Shown here one piece after another: positions 25,088 through 33,804 of a stretch of 64,000 bases of DNA (position 1 is the first letter of the stretch; every line of letters starts with the position of its first letter). Origin of the DNA: Candidatus Saccharimonadota bacterium (GTDB lineage: Bacteria; Patescibacteriota; Saccharimonadia; Saccharimonadales; Saccharimonadaceae); NCBI GenBank assembly GCA_009776375.1, contig WRNW01000001.1, positions 34,600 to 98,599 on the forward strand, read 5' to 3'. The notes under the pieces were generated by a model that saw only the letters and a program-made list of their open reading frames with translations, was not told the origin of the DNA and searched no databases. The translations under genes were made by a program, and so were the position numbers.

Positions 25088-25870
25088 CTACTTTTCTTCA
25101 TTATCATAACCATATAGTTGACAAAGTTCCACCGCCGGAATGCCATACTGGGTGGCGTACGACGCGAAAGCTTTCTCGCAAACCGCCAACGTGCCTTTGG
25201 GATAAGGAATATCATCGGGTGTCGCAATCGCCATAACGATAAATTTCAGAGGCGTATCGGGCGGAATGACGCAATTTTCCCCATCCTCATCACAGCCCGA
25301 ACCGTCCGCACCATAGGCTTTGTCCGCCGGAATCGTGATGAGACGCACTCCGCCAATTTTCATGCCGATAACGCCCTCGTTCCAACCGGTAATGTAACTG
25401 CCCGAACCAGGTAGCGGACTTTTTAAGGTCTCGCCATCAATCGACGAATCAAAAATCTCACCGGTCGGTTTCCAACCAATATAATACATGCTGTAGTTCG
25501 TGTTGTCATCAGTGATTTCGGCGCCGTCACCGATTTTTAGATCCTCGGTTTTAACATCGCCAAGACCGGTTGGTTCGAACGCTTGGACCTGCGACTGGTA
25601 ACTATTGAGCTCAGCCAAGTATTTTTTGGTCAGTTCTGCGTTTTGGGCATCAATCTTTTTTTGACGTTCGGTTTCTTTTTTCTCTAATTCCGCTTGTGCC
25701 TCCTCGGTCTTTTTCGCAGTAATCCCGCTCGACGCCAGCTCAGGATTCCTGGCAGCCAGCGCCATAAAGACAAACCCGAGCAGTGTGCCGCCCGCCATGG
25801 CGATGGCGATAATCCAGATTGTGATACGTTGCCAGCGTGGCGTCCTGGCTTCATAGTATGATTTTGCCAT
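25088..25870 (-). CDS. membrane-anchored FKBP-type peptidyl-prolyl isomerase
   Basis: GWNEGVIGMKIGGVRLITIPADKAYG. Start moved to ATG 25870, behind GAAAGGAGG. Confidence 0.8.
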   Translation of the reverse strand: MAKSYYEARTPRWQRITIWIIAIAMAGGTLLGFVFMALAARNPELASSGITAKKTEEAQAELEKKETERQKKIDAQNAELTKKYLAELNSYQSQVQAFEPTGLGDVKTEDLKIGDGAEITDDNTNYSMYYIGWKPTGEIFDSSIDGETLKSPLPGSGSYITGWNEGVIGMKIGGVRLITIPADKAYGADGSGCDEDGENCVIPPDTPLKFIVMAIATPDDIPYPKGTLAVCEKAFASYATQYGIPAVELCQLYGYDNEEK

Positions 25871-25978
25871 AATTCCTCCTTTCTGCCCATGAGACAAACC
25901 TACGGTTTTTCTCATCGCGCGGGGACAAAAAGCGCGGTTTTTGTCTCCGGCTGCTCTTTTCCCTTTTAGCGCATACAG

Positions 25979-28798
25979 TTAAATTACTTTTGCTCTCAGC
26001 TCCTTCTTCGCCAGATCCGCAATTCCATCTATTATACCAGCAATTTCTTTGCTATTCAAAGTTTTTTCATAAGACGCGAAAGTTAGTTTGAAACTGATAT
26101 TTTTGGTCTTTTTGTCCTCTCCCTGCCAGATCGAAACCGGAACACACTGAAACCATAAATTCTGTTCGGTCAAAGTTTTACAGAGGAGATTTTCGAGTTT
26201 TGCATATTCCAAATCGGAATATACTCGAAAAGTTATGTCACGTTCGACTTCTGGAAAATCGCTACGTTTCGAAACATCATTCACGCCAGACACAGCCGCC
26301 ATTAAATTATTAATATTGATTTCAAAGCCCGCCACTTCGTCGGGTAACTTGAAACTTCGCCGAACCGTCGTACGATAATTACCAACAATACCCAAAATCT
26401 TGTCGGTTTTCGCATCACGTATATCAGCCGTTCGTTTCAACTCGAATGGCACAGTCCAAGAATTTTGCACTTCGACTGATTTGAAAACCACATCCACGCC
26501 CAGAGCCTTGAATAAATCTTCGGCATATTTTTTGGCTCTATAAAAAGAGCCTTCTTGATCGCTCACCAGGACTAACCCCAACGCATTTTCAACTATCGGC
26601 ACACCGCCGTCTTTTGGATCCTTATGAAACTTGATGAATTCTTTATCGAAAACCTGGTTTATTTCGAACAGTGCGAACTCATCGAACTTGTCTTTGATGT
26701 TTGGGCTTACTTTTTCCAGCAAACTGGGCGTTATCATTTGGCGAATATATTGCAATTCAGGACTAATCGAATTGATGATTTTATAAGAGTTTTTGGAATC
26801 TTGTCCAACATTTTTTAACAGCTTTTCACTGATGAACGAATAGGTCAACACCTCATTAGCGCCAGCTTCTGACAGAATCTGGCGGATTTTCGATTTTAGA
26901 TCACCTAAAGTATCTGGTGTCGGCGACACAAAATCCCGCCGCGGCAAGCGTGCCGGGATGTTGTCATAACCGTTGAGCCGTCCAATTTCCTCAATCACGT
27001 CCTCGGCAATATGAATATCCGTTCGCCACCACGGTGCGGTAACTTTAAGGTAGCCACCGTCATTGCGAGGAGCGGAGCGACGCGGCAATCCAGAATCGTT
27101 TCTAATCGCACTGGATTGCTTTGTTGCGCTCGCAATGACGCCACTTCCCAGTGTTACTTTGAACCCAACATTCGACAGCGTGGTAATAATATCGTCAAAA
27201 GTAAAACCACTACCCAGCAGATTATTCACTTGTTCTGTTGTAACTTTTACAACAGGTGGTTTAACCGGTTTTGGATAAGCATCAACAATTTCGCTAACCG
27301 ACTTCATACCATGGTCGTTCGTCAGCGTTCTGATCGCTTCGCATAAAACCGGATCGGTCAAGGCTGGTGGTTGACCTTTGGTGAAACGCGTGATAGCTTC
27401 GCTAAAAATTCCGTGTCTAAACTGCGTTCCACGTAGATTATACAAACTAAACGTCGCCGATTCGATGACGATGCGGCGGGTCGATTCGTCGATTTCGGTA
27501 TTTTTACCACCCATCGCCCCAGCCAACGCTACTGGCACGTTGTTGCTGGTGATAACGATGTCACCCGGATCCAGCTCGATCGTTTTATCATCGAGTAGCT
27601 CGAGTTTTTCATTCTTTTTCGCCGCACGAACGATTATATGAGCGTTGTCATTCTGAGCCGCAGACGAAGAATCTCTTGAACTTTCTTTAGATCCTTCGCT
27701 CCGCTCAGGATGACAGCCTACGGCTATCAACTTATCATAATCAAAAGCATGCAGCGGCTGTCCGGTTAACAGCATCAAATAATTCGTCACATCCACAATC
27801 GGATTAATCGAACGCATGCCAGATTTGGCTAGCAGCACCGCCATCTCGGATAAATATTTCGACGGCTTGTCGTCAAATCCATCCAACACCAACGCCTGAT
27901 AGCGTGGGCAAAGTTTCGGATCTGTTATCTCAACATCCAATTCTATTGTGTCATTGCGACCGCGAGCGCGCGAAGCGAGCGTGGCGGGAAGCAATCCAGT
28001 ATCATTATCAGCCGCACTAGATTGCTCTTGCCCAGCACCTGCTTTAGCTGGTGCTGTGGTCGTCGTTACACTCCTCGCAATGACATCTGGCTCTTGAAAT
28101 TCTTTCCCCAAAATCCCCGCGACTTCGCGCGCAAAACCAATCACGCCAAAGCAATCTGGTCGATGAGTCAGCGATTTATTTTCAATATCTAGTAGTGTGT
28201 CATTCAGGTCAAATACTTCGGCGAAGTCATCGCCCGGTTTCGCCATTTCGGGGTTTATCTCGATAATTCCTGCGTGATCCGCGCCCAGGTCTAGCTCGTC
28301 CATAGCGGCAAGCATCCCAGCCGATTCCACCCCCATGACTTTACGTTTATCTAAAACCAATGGTTCAGAATTAAATGTTGCTGGCAAAACTGTTTTTGGT
28401 GGCAACCAAACCGCCAACATACCAGTCCGCACATTCGGTGCGCCACAAACAACCTGAATTAAATTGTCATCGCGATCCGCCCCACCGTCATTGCGACCGC
28501 GAGCGAGCGAAGCAAGCGTGGCGGGAAACAATCCAGGGTCATCGCCAGTCGCACTAGATTGCTTCGTCGTTACACTCCTCGCAATGACACCAGTATCAAC
28601 CTGACAAACTGTCAAGTGATCACTGCCGGGAATTTTTTCAACCGATCTGACTTCAACAATTTTAATCCCACGATATTTTTCGCCCAAGTCGATCACTTCT
28701 TCAACTTCAACCAATCGTGATCCGATTAGCTCGACCAACTCGTTTGTCGGCAGATCAATATCAACGTATTTTTTCAACCAATCTAATGAAATAATCAT
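25979..28798 (-). CDS. pheT: phenylalanine--tRNA ligase beta subunit
   Basis: MIISLDWLKKYVDI start, tRNA-binding, B3/B4 and C-terminal domains; 939 aa because of four palindromic inserts. Confidence 0.9.
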   Translation of the reverse strand: MIISLDWLKKYVDIDLPTNELVELIGSRLVEVEEVIDLGEKYRGIKIVEVRSVEKIPGSDHLTVCQVDTGVIARSVTTKQSSATGDDPGLFPATLASLARGRNDGGADRDDNLIQVVCGAPNVRTGMLAVWLPPKTVLPATFNSEPLVLDKRKVMGVESAGMLAAMDELDLGADHAGIIEINPEMAKPGDDFAEVFDLNDTLLDIENKSLTHRPDCFGVIGFAREVAGILGKEFQEPDVIARSVTTTTAPAKAGAGQEQSSAADNDTGLLPATLASRARGRNDTIELDVEITDPKLCPRYQALVLDGFDDKPSKYLSEMAVLLAKSGMRSINPIVDVTNYLMLLTGQPLHAFDYDKLIAVGCHPERSEGSKESSRDSSSAAQNDNAHIIVRAAKKNEKLELLDDKTIELDPGDIVITSNNVPVALAGAMGGKNTEIDESTRRIVIESATFSLYNLRGTQFRHGIFSEAITRFTKGQPPALTDPVLCEAIRTLTNDHGMKSVSEIVDAYPKPVKPPVVKVTTEQVNNLLGSGFTFDDIITTLSNVGFKVTLGSGVIASATKQSSAIRNDSGLPRRSAPRNDGGYLKVTAPWWRTDIHIAEDVIEEIGRLNGYDNIPARLPRRDFVSPTPDTLGDLKSKIRQILSEAGANEVLTYSFISEKLLKNVGQDSKNSYKIINSISPELQYIRQMITPSLLEKVSPNIKDKFDEFALFEINQVFDKEFIKFHKDPKDGGVPIVENALGLVLVSDQEGSFYRAKKYAEDLFKALGVDVVFKSVEVQNSWTVPFELKRTADIRDAKTDKILGIVGNYRTTVRRSFKLPDEVAGFEININNLMAAVSGVNDVSKRSDFPEVERDITFRVYSDLEYAKLENLLCKTLTEQNLWFQCVPVSIWQGEDKKTKNISFKLTFASYEKTLNSKEIAGIIDGIADLAKKELRAKVI
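27059..27139 (-). repeat. palindromic in-frame element, family A (81 bp) in pheT
   Basis: About 85 percent identical by eye to the tktN copy; translated VIASATKQSSAIRNDSGLPRRSAPRND. Confidence 0.85.
27647..27714 (-). repeat. palindromic in-frame element, family B (~68 bp) in pheT
   Basis: GTCATTCTGAGCCGCAGACGAAGAATC...GATCCTTCGCTCCGCTCAGGATGAC; translated CHPERSEGSKESSRDSSSAAQND. Confidence 0.7.
27950..28084 (-). repeat. palindromic in-frame element, family A with nested 33-bp hairpin module (135 bp) in pheT
   Basis: Same backbone as 28487-28588, plus CTCTTGCCCAGCACCTGCTTTAGCTGGTGCTGTGGT. Confidence 0.8.
28487..28588 (-). repeat. palindromic in-frame element, family A (102 bp) in pheT
   Basis: GTCATTGCGACCGCGAGCG...CAATCCAGG...CTAGATTGC...CTCGCAATGAC. 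An extra arm fragment, GTCATCGCGATCC, lies at 28466-28478. Confidence 0.8.
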
Positions 28799-29259
28799 TT
28801 TAGCCCCTCCCCTGCACCGTATTCATGATAAGTTTCGCCGCGAGCGATGCGTGAAATTACATCTCGAATGTAGGTGATGGTATTTTTTGGTAGTTCGTTC
28901 TCGTCAAAATATCCGAGGTTAGAATGTTTTTCTGGTTCCATAATCTGCGGTTCCTGAGTGATATCACGAACTTCGAAAAAGATATCGACATATTCATCGG
29001 TAATGCCCTGTTTGCTCAGGCGATGGATTGTGAAAACTTGTCGCCACTGCTGGGGGTTAATATGCAGGTTGGTTTCTTCTTTGACTTCTCGTGACAGAGC
29101 CTCACTCGGTGATTCGCCACCGTCCAAATGACCTGCTGGCAGACCAAAATAACCATCCATGAAACCGCTGTTTTGACGCTGGTGCAGTAAAACCTGACCA
29201 TTCGGATTTCGAATAATTCCGTAAACCGCCACTTTCATTCTGAAATGATCTTTCGTCAT
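28795..29259 (-). CDS. NUDIX hydrolase
   Basis: GLPAGHLDGGESPSEALSREVKEETNL. Start moved to ATG 29259 (ATGA overlap). Confidence 0.85.
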   Translation of the reverse strand: MTKDHFRMKVAVYGIIRNPNGQVLLHQRQNSGFMDGYFGLPAGHLDGGESPSEALSREVKEETNLHINPQQWRQVFTIHRLSKQGITDEYVDIFFEVRDITQEPQIMEPEKHSNLGYFDENELPKNTITYIRDVISRIARGETYHEYGAGEGLK

Positions 29260-29594
29260 TGATGCTCCTTTAGCCATTTTTCTAATCTAGCCGCGCCGCG
29301 CTGTAATTTTGCGTCGATGGTTTTGTCAACCTTGTCCGCTCCAAAAATCAATCGCAGATTACCAACTGTCACTAGCACGTCGGCAATTTCCTCGCGGATA
29401 CGTTGGTGGAGATTTTCCATTAACGCCTCCGGGTTGGCCTTGTTGTTGTCGCGCCAAGTGCTACAAAGCTCCTTCGTCAGTTCGGCCATTTCTTCGATTG
29501 CGATCTTTATTTCAGCATCGACGCCCCAAACATCAGTAAATCGCTGCATGATTTCTTCGCGTTCAGCCGGGGTGAGTTTTGTCGTTTGGGTCAT
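29256..29594 (-). CDS. MazG-like all-alpha NTP pyrophosphohydrolase
   Basis: AIEEMAELTKE and IREEIADVLV (EExxE ... ExxD pattern). Confidence 0.65.
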   Translation of the reverse strand: MTQTTKLTPAEREEIMQRFTDVWGVDAEIKIAIEEMAELTKELCSTWRDNNKANPEALMENLHQRIREEIADVLVTVGNLRLIFGADKVDKTIDAKLQRGAARLEKWLKEHQ

Positions 29595-30244
29595 CTTCGC
29601 TTCCTCGTGTTGACTTTTGCACGCGGCTTTGCTATACTCAGTTTACTATAGCCTTCGGGCTCCGAGGGCCTCGCAACTGCGAGGTCCGATTTTTGTTCAG
29701 TGAATTGCCCAATAAACGCCTCTTTGATTTTTCCGTAATCTTCAGTGGGCAGTGTGTATATCTTGCGTAACAGTCGTCGCGAATCAATTAGGCGCGCTTG
29801 TGATATCACCGCCGCATACATTCTGCCGCCAAACAAATATGGTATATGATGTAGATCATCTTTTATTCTACGAGACAACGGAATCGCCATTAGCATGCGA
29901 TGATTATATTTTTTTAATACCAAAATCGGCCGTTCGAACAGTTCATTTTTACCATCTTGTTCATGTCCAACATTAACGCCAATGGCCGAATACCAAACCT
30001 CGCGTTCCTTGAAGCCAATAAAATGCGCACGTGAATTAATGTGTTTCTTGTTCTCGTTCCAGCCATCGAAATCTTTTTCATATGCATTATTAGCCTGGTT
30101 GCAGCTAGTGTTTGATTTTGCGTCGATCTCCGACACAAGCTTCAGCACGCCCTCTGCAATACCATCAAAATCATACGTGTTAAACATGTCGTCGTGATTT
30201 CTTTTTAGAATGTCTCTTAAATCATTTATCACGCTAACGCTCAT
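29591..30244 (-). CDS. PemK/MazF-like domain protein with ~80-aa N-terminal extension
   Basis: REVWYSAIGVNVGHEQDGKNELFERPILVL, IPLS and ISQARLIDSRRL parallel MazF GDLIWVDFDPTKGSEQAGHRPAVVLS ... ADQVKSI. Confidence 0.55.
   Translation of the reverse strand: MSVSVINDLRDILKRNHDDMFNTYDFDGIAEGVLKLVSEIDAKSNTSCNQANNAYEKDFDGWNENKKHINSRAHFIGFKEREVWYSAIGVNVGHEQDGKNELFERPILVLKKYNHRMLMAIPLSRRIKDDLHHIPYLFGGRMYAAVISQARLIDSRRLLRKIYTLPTEDYGKIKEAFIGQFTEQKSDLAVARPSEPEGYSKLSIAKPRAKVNTRKRR
29610..29638 (+). promoter_or_regulatory. antisense promoter TTGACT-17-TGCTATACT inside the MazF-like CDS
   Basis: -35 at 29610-29615 and -10 at 29633-29638. Confidence 0.45.
29645..29695 (+). ncRNA. candidate ~50-nt cis-antisense RNA opposite the MazF-like gene 3' end
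   Basis: Lies downstream of the TTGACT-17-TGCTATACT promoter. Has a UUCG hairpin (29650-29661) and a 9-bp GC stem (29666-29687) followed by GATTTTTG. Confidence 0.35.
29666..29695 (+). terminator. intrinsic terminator of the candidate antisense RNA
   Basis: 9-bp stem GGGCCTCGC/GCGAGGTCC, loop AACT, then GATTTTTG. Confidence 0.4.
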
Positions 30245-30831
30245 TTTAATATCTCCTCTAGTAATTCTGGGAAAGTTCGGTTGATCTCACCGGCAGTCGA
30301 TATGGTGAAATGCCCGCGGTTTTTTAACATAATTTCGCGAAAGTTATCAACATTTTTCTTGATAAATTCACGACTTTTCTTAATATTCTCTCCGTCATCA
30401 GTTGATTGAAAAATCGTTAGGCCATTAGTTTTTTTCGCTAAATCGCGATCTAATTTAAAATCATTAAAGAATGGCATTTTTAGATCATCGCTAACATTAT
30501 CTTGTTCTTGATTTATATATGGTGCAACGAGGAAAACTTTACCAACTTTTTTGTCAGTTTCAGAAAGCCAGCGCAGCAAGAAACCGCCGCCAAAACTTTT
30601 TCCAATTAAAACCATATCTTCATCCAAATCGTAACGCTCCAATTCGCGTTTCCACTTTTCATAAGTTGGGAAAAATGGCTTGGGCATCAATGGGGCGTAA
30701 ACCAAATAATCTTTGGTCGTCAATTGTTTGAGCAACCACGGTGTATAATTTTTGAAATTTATCAAATCCGTCTCTGGATCATAATATTTTTCCTTGTCAT
30801 AATACCCATGAATAAAAATTGCACGTTTCAT
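30241..30831 (-). CDS. alpha/beta serine hydrolase, YdeN/RBBP9-like (paralog of 434-988)
   Basis: MKRAIFIHGYYD, LIGKSFGGG, QSTDDGENI, NRGHF. Confidence 0.65.
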   Translation of the reverse strand: MKRAIFIHGYYDKEKYYDPETDLINFKNYTPWLLKQLTTKDYLVYAPLMPKPFFPTYEKWKRELERYDLDEDMVLIGKSFGGGFLLRWLSETDKKVGKVFLVAPYINQEQDNVSDDLKMPFFNDFKLDRDLAKKTNGLTIFQSTDDGENIKKSREFIKKNVDNFREIMLKNRGHFTISTAGEINRTFPELLEEILK

Positions 30832-31841
30832 CGAAACTCCTTTAGAAATCGCAATTTACCCGATTCGAAATGGCGGATGTCGTCGATACTGTATTTTAGC
30901 ATGACCAAACGTTCGATGCCGCCGCCCCAAGCGAAACCGCGATATTTAGTCGGATCGATGCCGGCTTCACGCAGGACATTCGGGTGGATCATGCCGCAAC
31001 CGAGCATTTCCAGCCAACTACCACCTTTGCCGCCCAAACTGGCTGGCTTTTCAATCAAAAATTCCAGACTCGGTTCGGTAAATGGGAAAAATCCTGGTTG
31101 AGTTTTTATCCGCAGTTTTTGTCCATAATAAGTTTCGAAAAATTCACGCAGCACTGCGATCATTTGGCCTAAACTCGCATCGCGCGACACAAACACGCCC
31201 TCGCATTGATAAAAAGTATGCTCGTGAGTGGCGTCAGTATCTTCGTTACGAAAAACTCGACCGTAGCTAACGGTAGCGATTTGCCCGCCGGCCTCGAGTT
31301 TTTTTCGACCGGCTCGCAAAATCCGGTTTTGCATGGTTGACGTATGCCCAGGCGGGACGAAACCTTCTTCGGTCCAAAACGCATCATAACCATCGCGCGC
31401 CGGATGCCCAGGCGGGAAATTTAGGCTGGTAAACATATGATAATCATCATCGAGTTGACGCGACTCAATCGCGTCAAAACCCATTAGATTATAGATCTGA
31501 ATCACTCGTTCCATTTCACTCATCAGCGGATGTCGCGACCCATGATCGGCTGTCATCAGCTGCGGCAAAGGTTCGTTAATTGCACACGGCGCAGTGACAT
31601 CGATCGGTTCAACCGTCTCGTCAGCAACCAAGTTTTCGCGTTCTAAAATCGCCGCTTCTAAAACCTGTTTTAGTGCGTTAATTTCCCGTCCAAAATCACC
31701 GCGCTTTTCTGGCGAAATTTTCGGAATTTCAGCGTACAATTTCCTTAGTTCTGGCGCACGCAAAACCGAGCGTGGTTGATCCGACGCCGCCACGCGCTTT
31801 AACAATTCTAACCTAACCTCATCGATATTCACATCGACCAT
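30828..31841 (-). CDS. pheS: phenylalanine--tRNA ligase alpha subunit
   Basis: FPPGHPARD and GFAWGGGIERLVML. Confidence 0.95.
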   Translation of the reverse strand: MVDVNIDEVRLELLKRVAASDQPRSVLRAPELRKLYAEIPKISPEKRGDFGREINALKQVLEAAILERENLVADETVEPIDVTAPCAINEPLPQLMTADHGSRHPLMSEMERVIQIYNLMGFDAIESRQLDDDYHMFTSLNFPPGHPARDGYDAFWTEEGFVPPGHTSTMQNRILRAGRKKLEAGGQIATVSYGRVFRNEDTDATHEHTFYQCEGVFVSRDASLGQMIAVLREFFETYYGQKLRIKTQPGFFPFTEPSLEFLIEKPASLGGKGGSWLEMLGCGMIHPNVLREAGIDPTKYRGFAWGGGIERLVMLKYSIDDIRHFESGKLRFLKEFR

Positions 31842-31848
31842 TGTATCA

Positions 31849-32454
31849 CTAATTGACTTTTTTCTGAAACTCAGTAATGCGAGTGTTCAAACTTTCACGC
31901 AGCTCGGTTAAAAATTGATCGCCACTTTGGAGGATGGTATCAATGTCGCCACTGACCGTGTCAAACTCGGTGCTCGAAGTAATTTTGGTCAGTAACTCCC
32001 CGATCGCCCGAGCGCGATCCGCTTCGCCCGGAAAACGATTCTCGATGACCGCCTTGTATTTATTAACAGATTTTAAAAGATCACCGCCGAGCGGTTTTTC
32101 GCCTTTGATGCCGGCATTATATTGTTCAACCAGCGCATTATGAGCATCGAGAGCCGCCACGTAACTTTTAGTATCAGTCAATAAAATCTGGTATTCGTTA
32201 TCCAAAGCTTTAATCTGTCGATAGTCGCCGCTCAGCGTTTCGCCAAGCAAAACACCACGCAGTTGGACCGGCACGCCAGTGGTTTTACCAGCAATCACAT
32301 CGTTAAGCTGCGTCGTCGCGTCGCCGCGATAATCACTAATCGCCCACCGCGCCATGACGATTAAAATCACTCCTCCCAACAAGGTCAAAATGACAACAAT
32401 CGCGACCGACCACAGTGCTATCCTTAATTTTCGATGTGTCCTTAATCCTTTCAT
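31849..32454 (-). CDS. membrane-anchored hypothetical protein
   Basis: N-terminal TM helix (IALWSVAIVVILTLLGGVILIVM) followed by a helical domain. Confidence 0.5.
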   Translation of the reverse strand: MKGLRTHRKLRIALWSVAIVVILTLLGGVILIVMARWAISDYRGDATTQLNDVIAGKTTGVPVQLRGVLLGETLSGDYRQIKALDNEYQILLTDTKSYVAALDAHNALVEQYNAGIKGEKPLGGDLLKSVNKYKAVIENRFPGEADRARAIGELLTKITSSTEFDTVSGDIDTILQSGDQFLTELRESLNTRITEFQKKVN

Positions 32455-32470
32455 GCCAGATGTTCCTTTA

Positions 32471-32716
32471 TTAACTAATTACTACCAGAATCAAGATTAT
32501 CACACCAACCACTGCTAGAGCAATCAAAATCCACGCCCAAGCAAGCGATGTGGTTGTTTTAGTTTGTTCCAAATACGCACTATTTTCGTCGTTATATTCT
32601 GGTGCCGCCAAATCGTCGTCGACTAAATTTTTACTTGTTTGTTTTTGGCGCAACTCGGCCGCGATGCGTTGTTGTAGTTCGCTTTTGTGATCAGTCTGGT
32701 TAAAAATAATTGCCAT
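32471..32716 (-). CDS. small C-tail-anchored membrane protein
   Basis: 81 aa with a C-terminal TM helix; leaderless-type promoter. Confidence 0.45.
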   Translation of the reverse strand: MAIIFNQTDHKSELQQRIAAELRQKQTSKNLVDDDLAAPEYNDENSAYLEQTKTTTSLAWAWILIALAVVGVIILILVVIS

Positions 32717-32723
32717 AGAAGAT

Positions 32724-32732
32724 ATTGTAACA
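32724..32732 (-). promoter_or_regulatory. extended -10 TGTTACAAT, 7 nt from ATG 32716
   Basis: Read from sequence. Confidence 0.5.
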
Positions 32733-32747
32733 TTTTTAAAAAGTTTG

Positions 32748-32756
32748 TGCTATAAT
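32748..32756 (+). promoter_or_regulatory. extended -10 TGCTATAAT for the aquaporin gene
   Basis: 31-nt leader with AAGGAGGG. Confidence 0.6.
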
Positions 32757-32787
32757 TAATCGTGTCAACTTATAAGGAGGGAGAAAG

Positions 32788-33756
32788 ATGGCTACAAAAC
32801 GAGCCTCTTCGTCAAAGGTCACAAAAAAACGACCAGCGACCAAAAAGCCCGCGGTGAAGGTTGCAGCAAAGACAACAATCGTCGCGGCAAAAACGGGTGG
32901 TAAAGAAAAATTAACGTTCAGCGAGAAAGTTGCGCTACTGCGTCCGGGCGCACTGATTGCCGAGTTTTTTGGCACATTCGTGTTAACGGCCACAGTGATT
33001 AATTTGACTGGTGGCGGTCTCATGACGATGATGGCGATAGCTTTGATCCTCGCTATGCTGGTGATCATCTTTGGCGTGGTTAGTGGCGGACATCTCAATC
33101 CGGCAATTACCATCGCCCAATATGTCAACCGCAAAATTGACGGCGTCAAAACTGTCGCTTATATTTTTGCGCAAGTTTTGGGTGCGCTGGCGGCGTTTGG
33201 TGTGCTACTCGGTTTGTTCAATGCATCATTTCCCAGCTTGGAGACGCAGGTTTATGATGCTTTGACTAGTAGCGGTTATCTTGTTGCCGCAGACGTCGAC
33301 GAAGGTGGTGGTATCGCTGCCTACCTCGACGAGATGTACAAAATGACTGTTGACGAGGTTGCTCAACAATTAGGCATCAGTGCTCCAGAATTTATCGATC
33401 ACAAAATGACCGCTGATAAAGAATGGGTCGACCTATTGTTCGAGCTAGTTGGTGCGATTGTCTTTGGCCTCGGTGTTGGTTACGCGGTTTGTGCGGAAAA
33501 GAAATGTCAGGTCAAAACTGGTTTGGCTGTCGGCATGTCGCTATTGGCTGGTTTGGCAATTGGTGGCGCAACTGTTATTCTCAACCCAGCTGTCGCTGCG
33601 GCGATTGGTGGTTTTGAAGCAGTCAACCCGTTCGGCACAGACGCGATGACTTTCTGGTGGCCAGTCTTCACCTATATCGGTGTAACTATCATCGGTATCA
33701 CTGCCGGTTTCACGGTTTATCGACTCGCTCTGCAGGACGCGCTGAGCGAAAAATAA
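32788..33756 (+). CDS. MIP/aquaporin-family channel with Lys-rich N-terminal tail
   Basis: Two NPA boxes (GGHLNPAITIA, ILNPAVAAA); AAGGAGGG RBS; terminator downstream. Confidence 0.85.
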   Translation: MATKRASSSKVTKKRPATKKPAVKVAAKTTIVAAKTGGKEKLTFSEKVALLRPGALIAEFFGTFVLTATVINLTGGGLMTMMAIALILAMLVIIFGVVSGGHLNPAITIAQYVNRKIDGVKTVAYIFAQVLGALAAFGVLLGLFNASFPSLETQVYDALTSSGYLVAADVDEGGGIAAYLDEMYKMTVDEVAQQLGISAPEFIDHKMTADKEWVDLLFELVGAIVFGLGVGYAVCAEKKCQVKTGLAVGMSLLAGLAIGGATVILNPAVAAAIGGFEAVNPFGTDAMTFWWPVFTYIGVTIIGITAGFTVYRLALQDALSEK

Positions 33757-33772
33757 TCAAACTGGGGAAACG

Positions 33773-33804
33773 AAAAACTGCTCCTAACTAGGGGCAGTTT
33801 TTTT
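33773..33804. terminator. bidirectional terminator between the aquaporin gene and rmuC
   Basis: AAAAA, CTGCTCCT-AACT-AGGGGCAG, TTTTTTT. Confidence 0.75.

Noticed and set aside
24389-25117. A 242-aa Gly/Ser-rich plus-strand ORF.
   Set aside because: It is the antisense shadow of the Pro/Glu-rich gene, has no RBS, and runs into the promoter region.
25921-25948. The hairpin GGGGACAAAAA...TTTTTGTCTCC after pheT as an intrinsic terminator.
   Set aside because: The stem is real, but there is no U-tract on the pheT strand, so I did not call it as a feature. It may still pause or stabilise transcripts.
32736-33149. A 137-aa minus-strand ORF.
   Set aside because: It is antisense to the aquaporin gene, which has both NPA boxes, an RBS, a promoter and a terminator.
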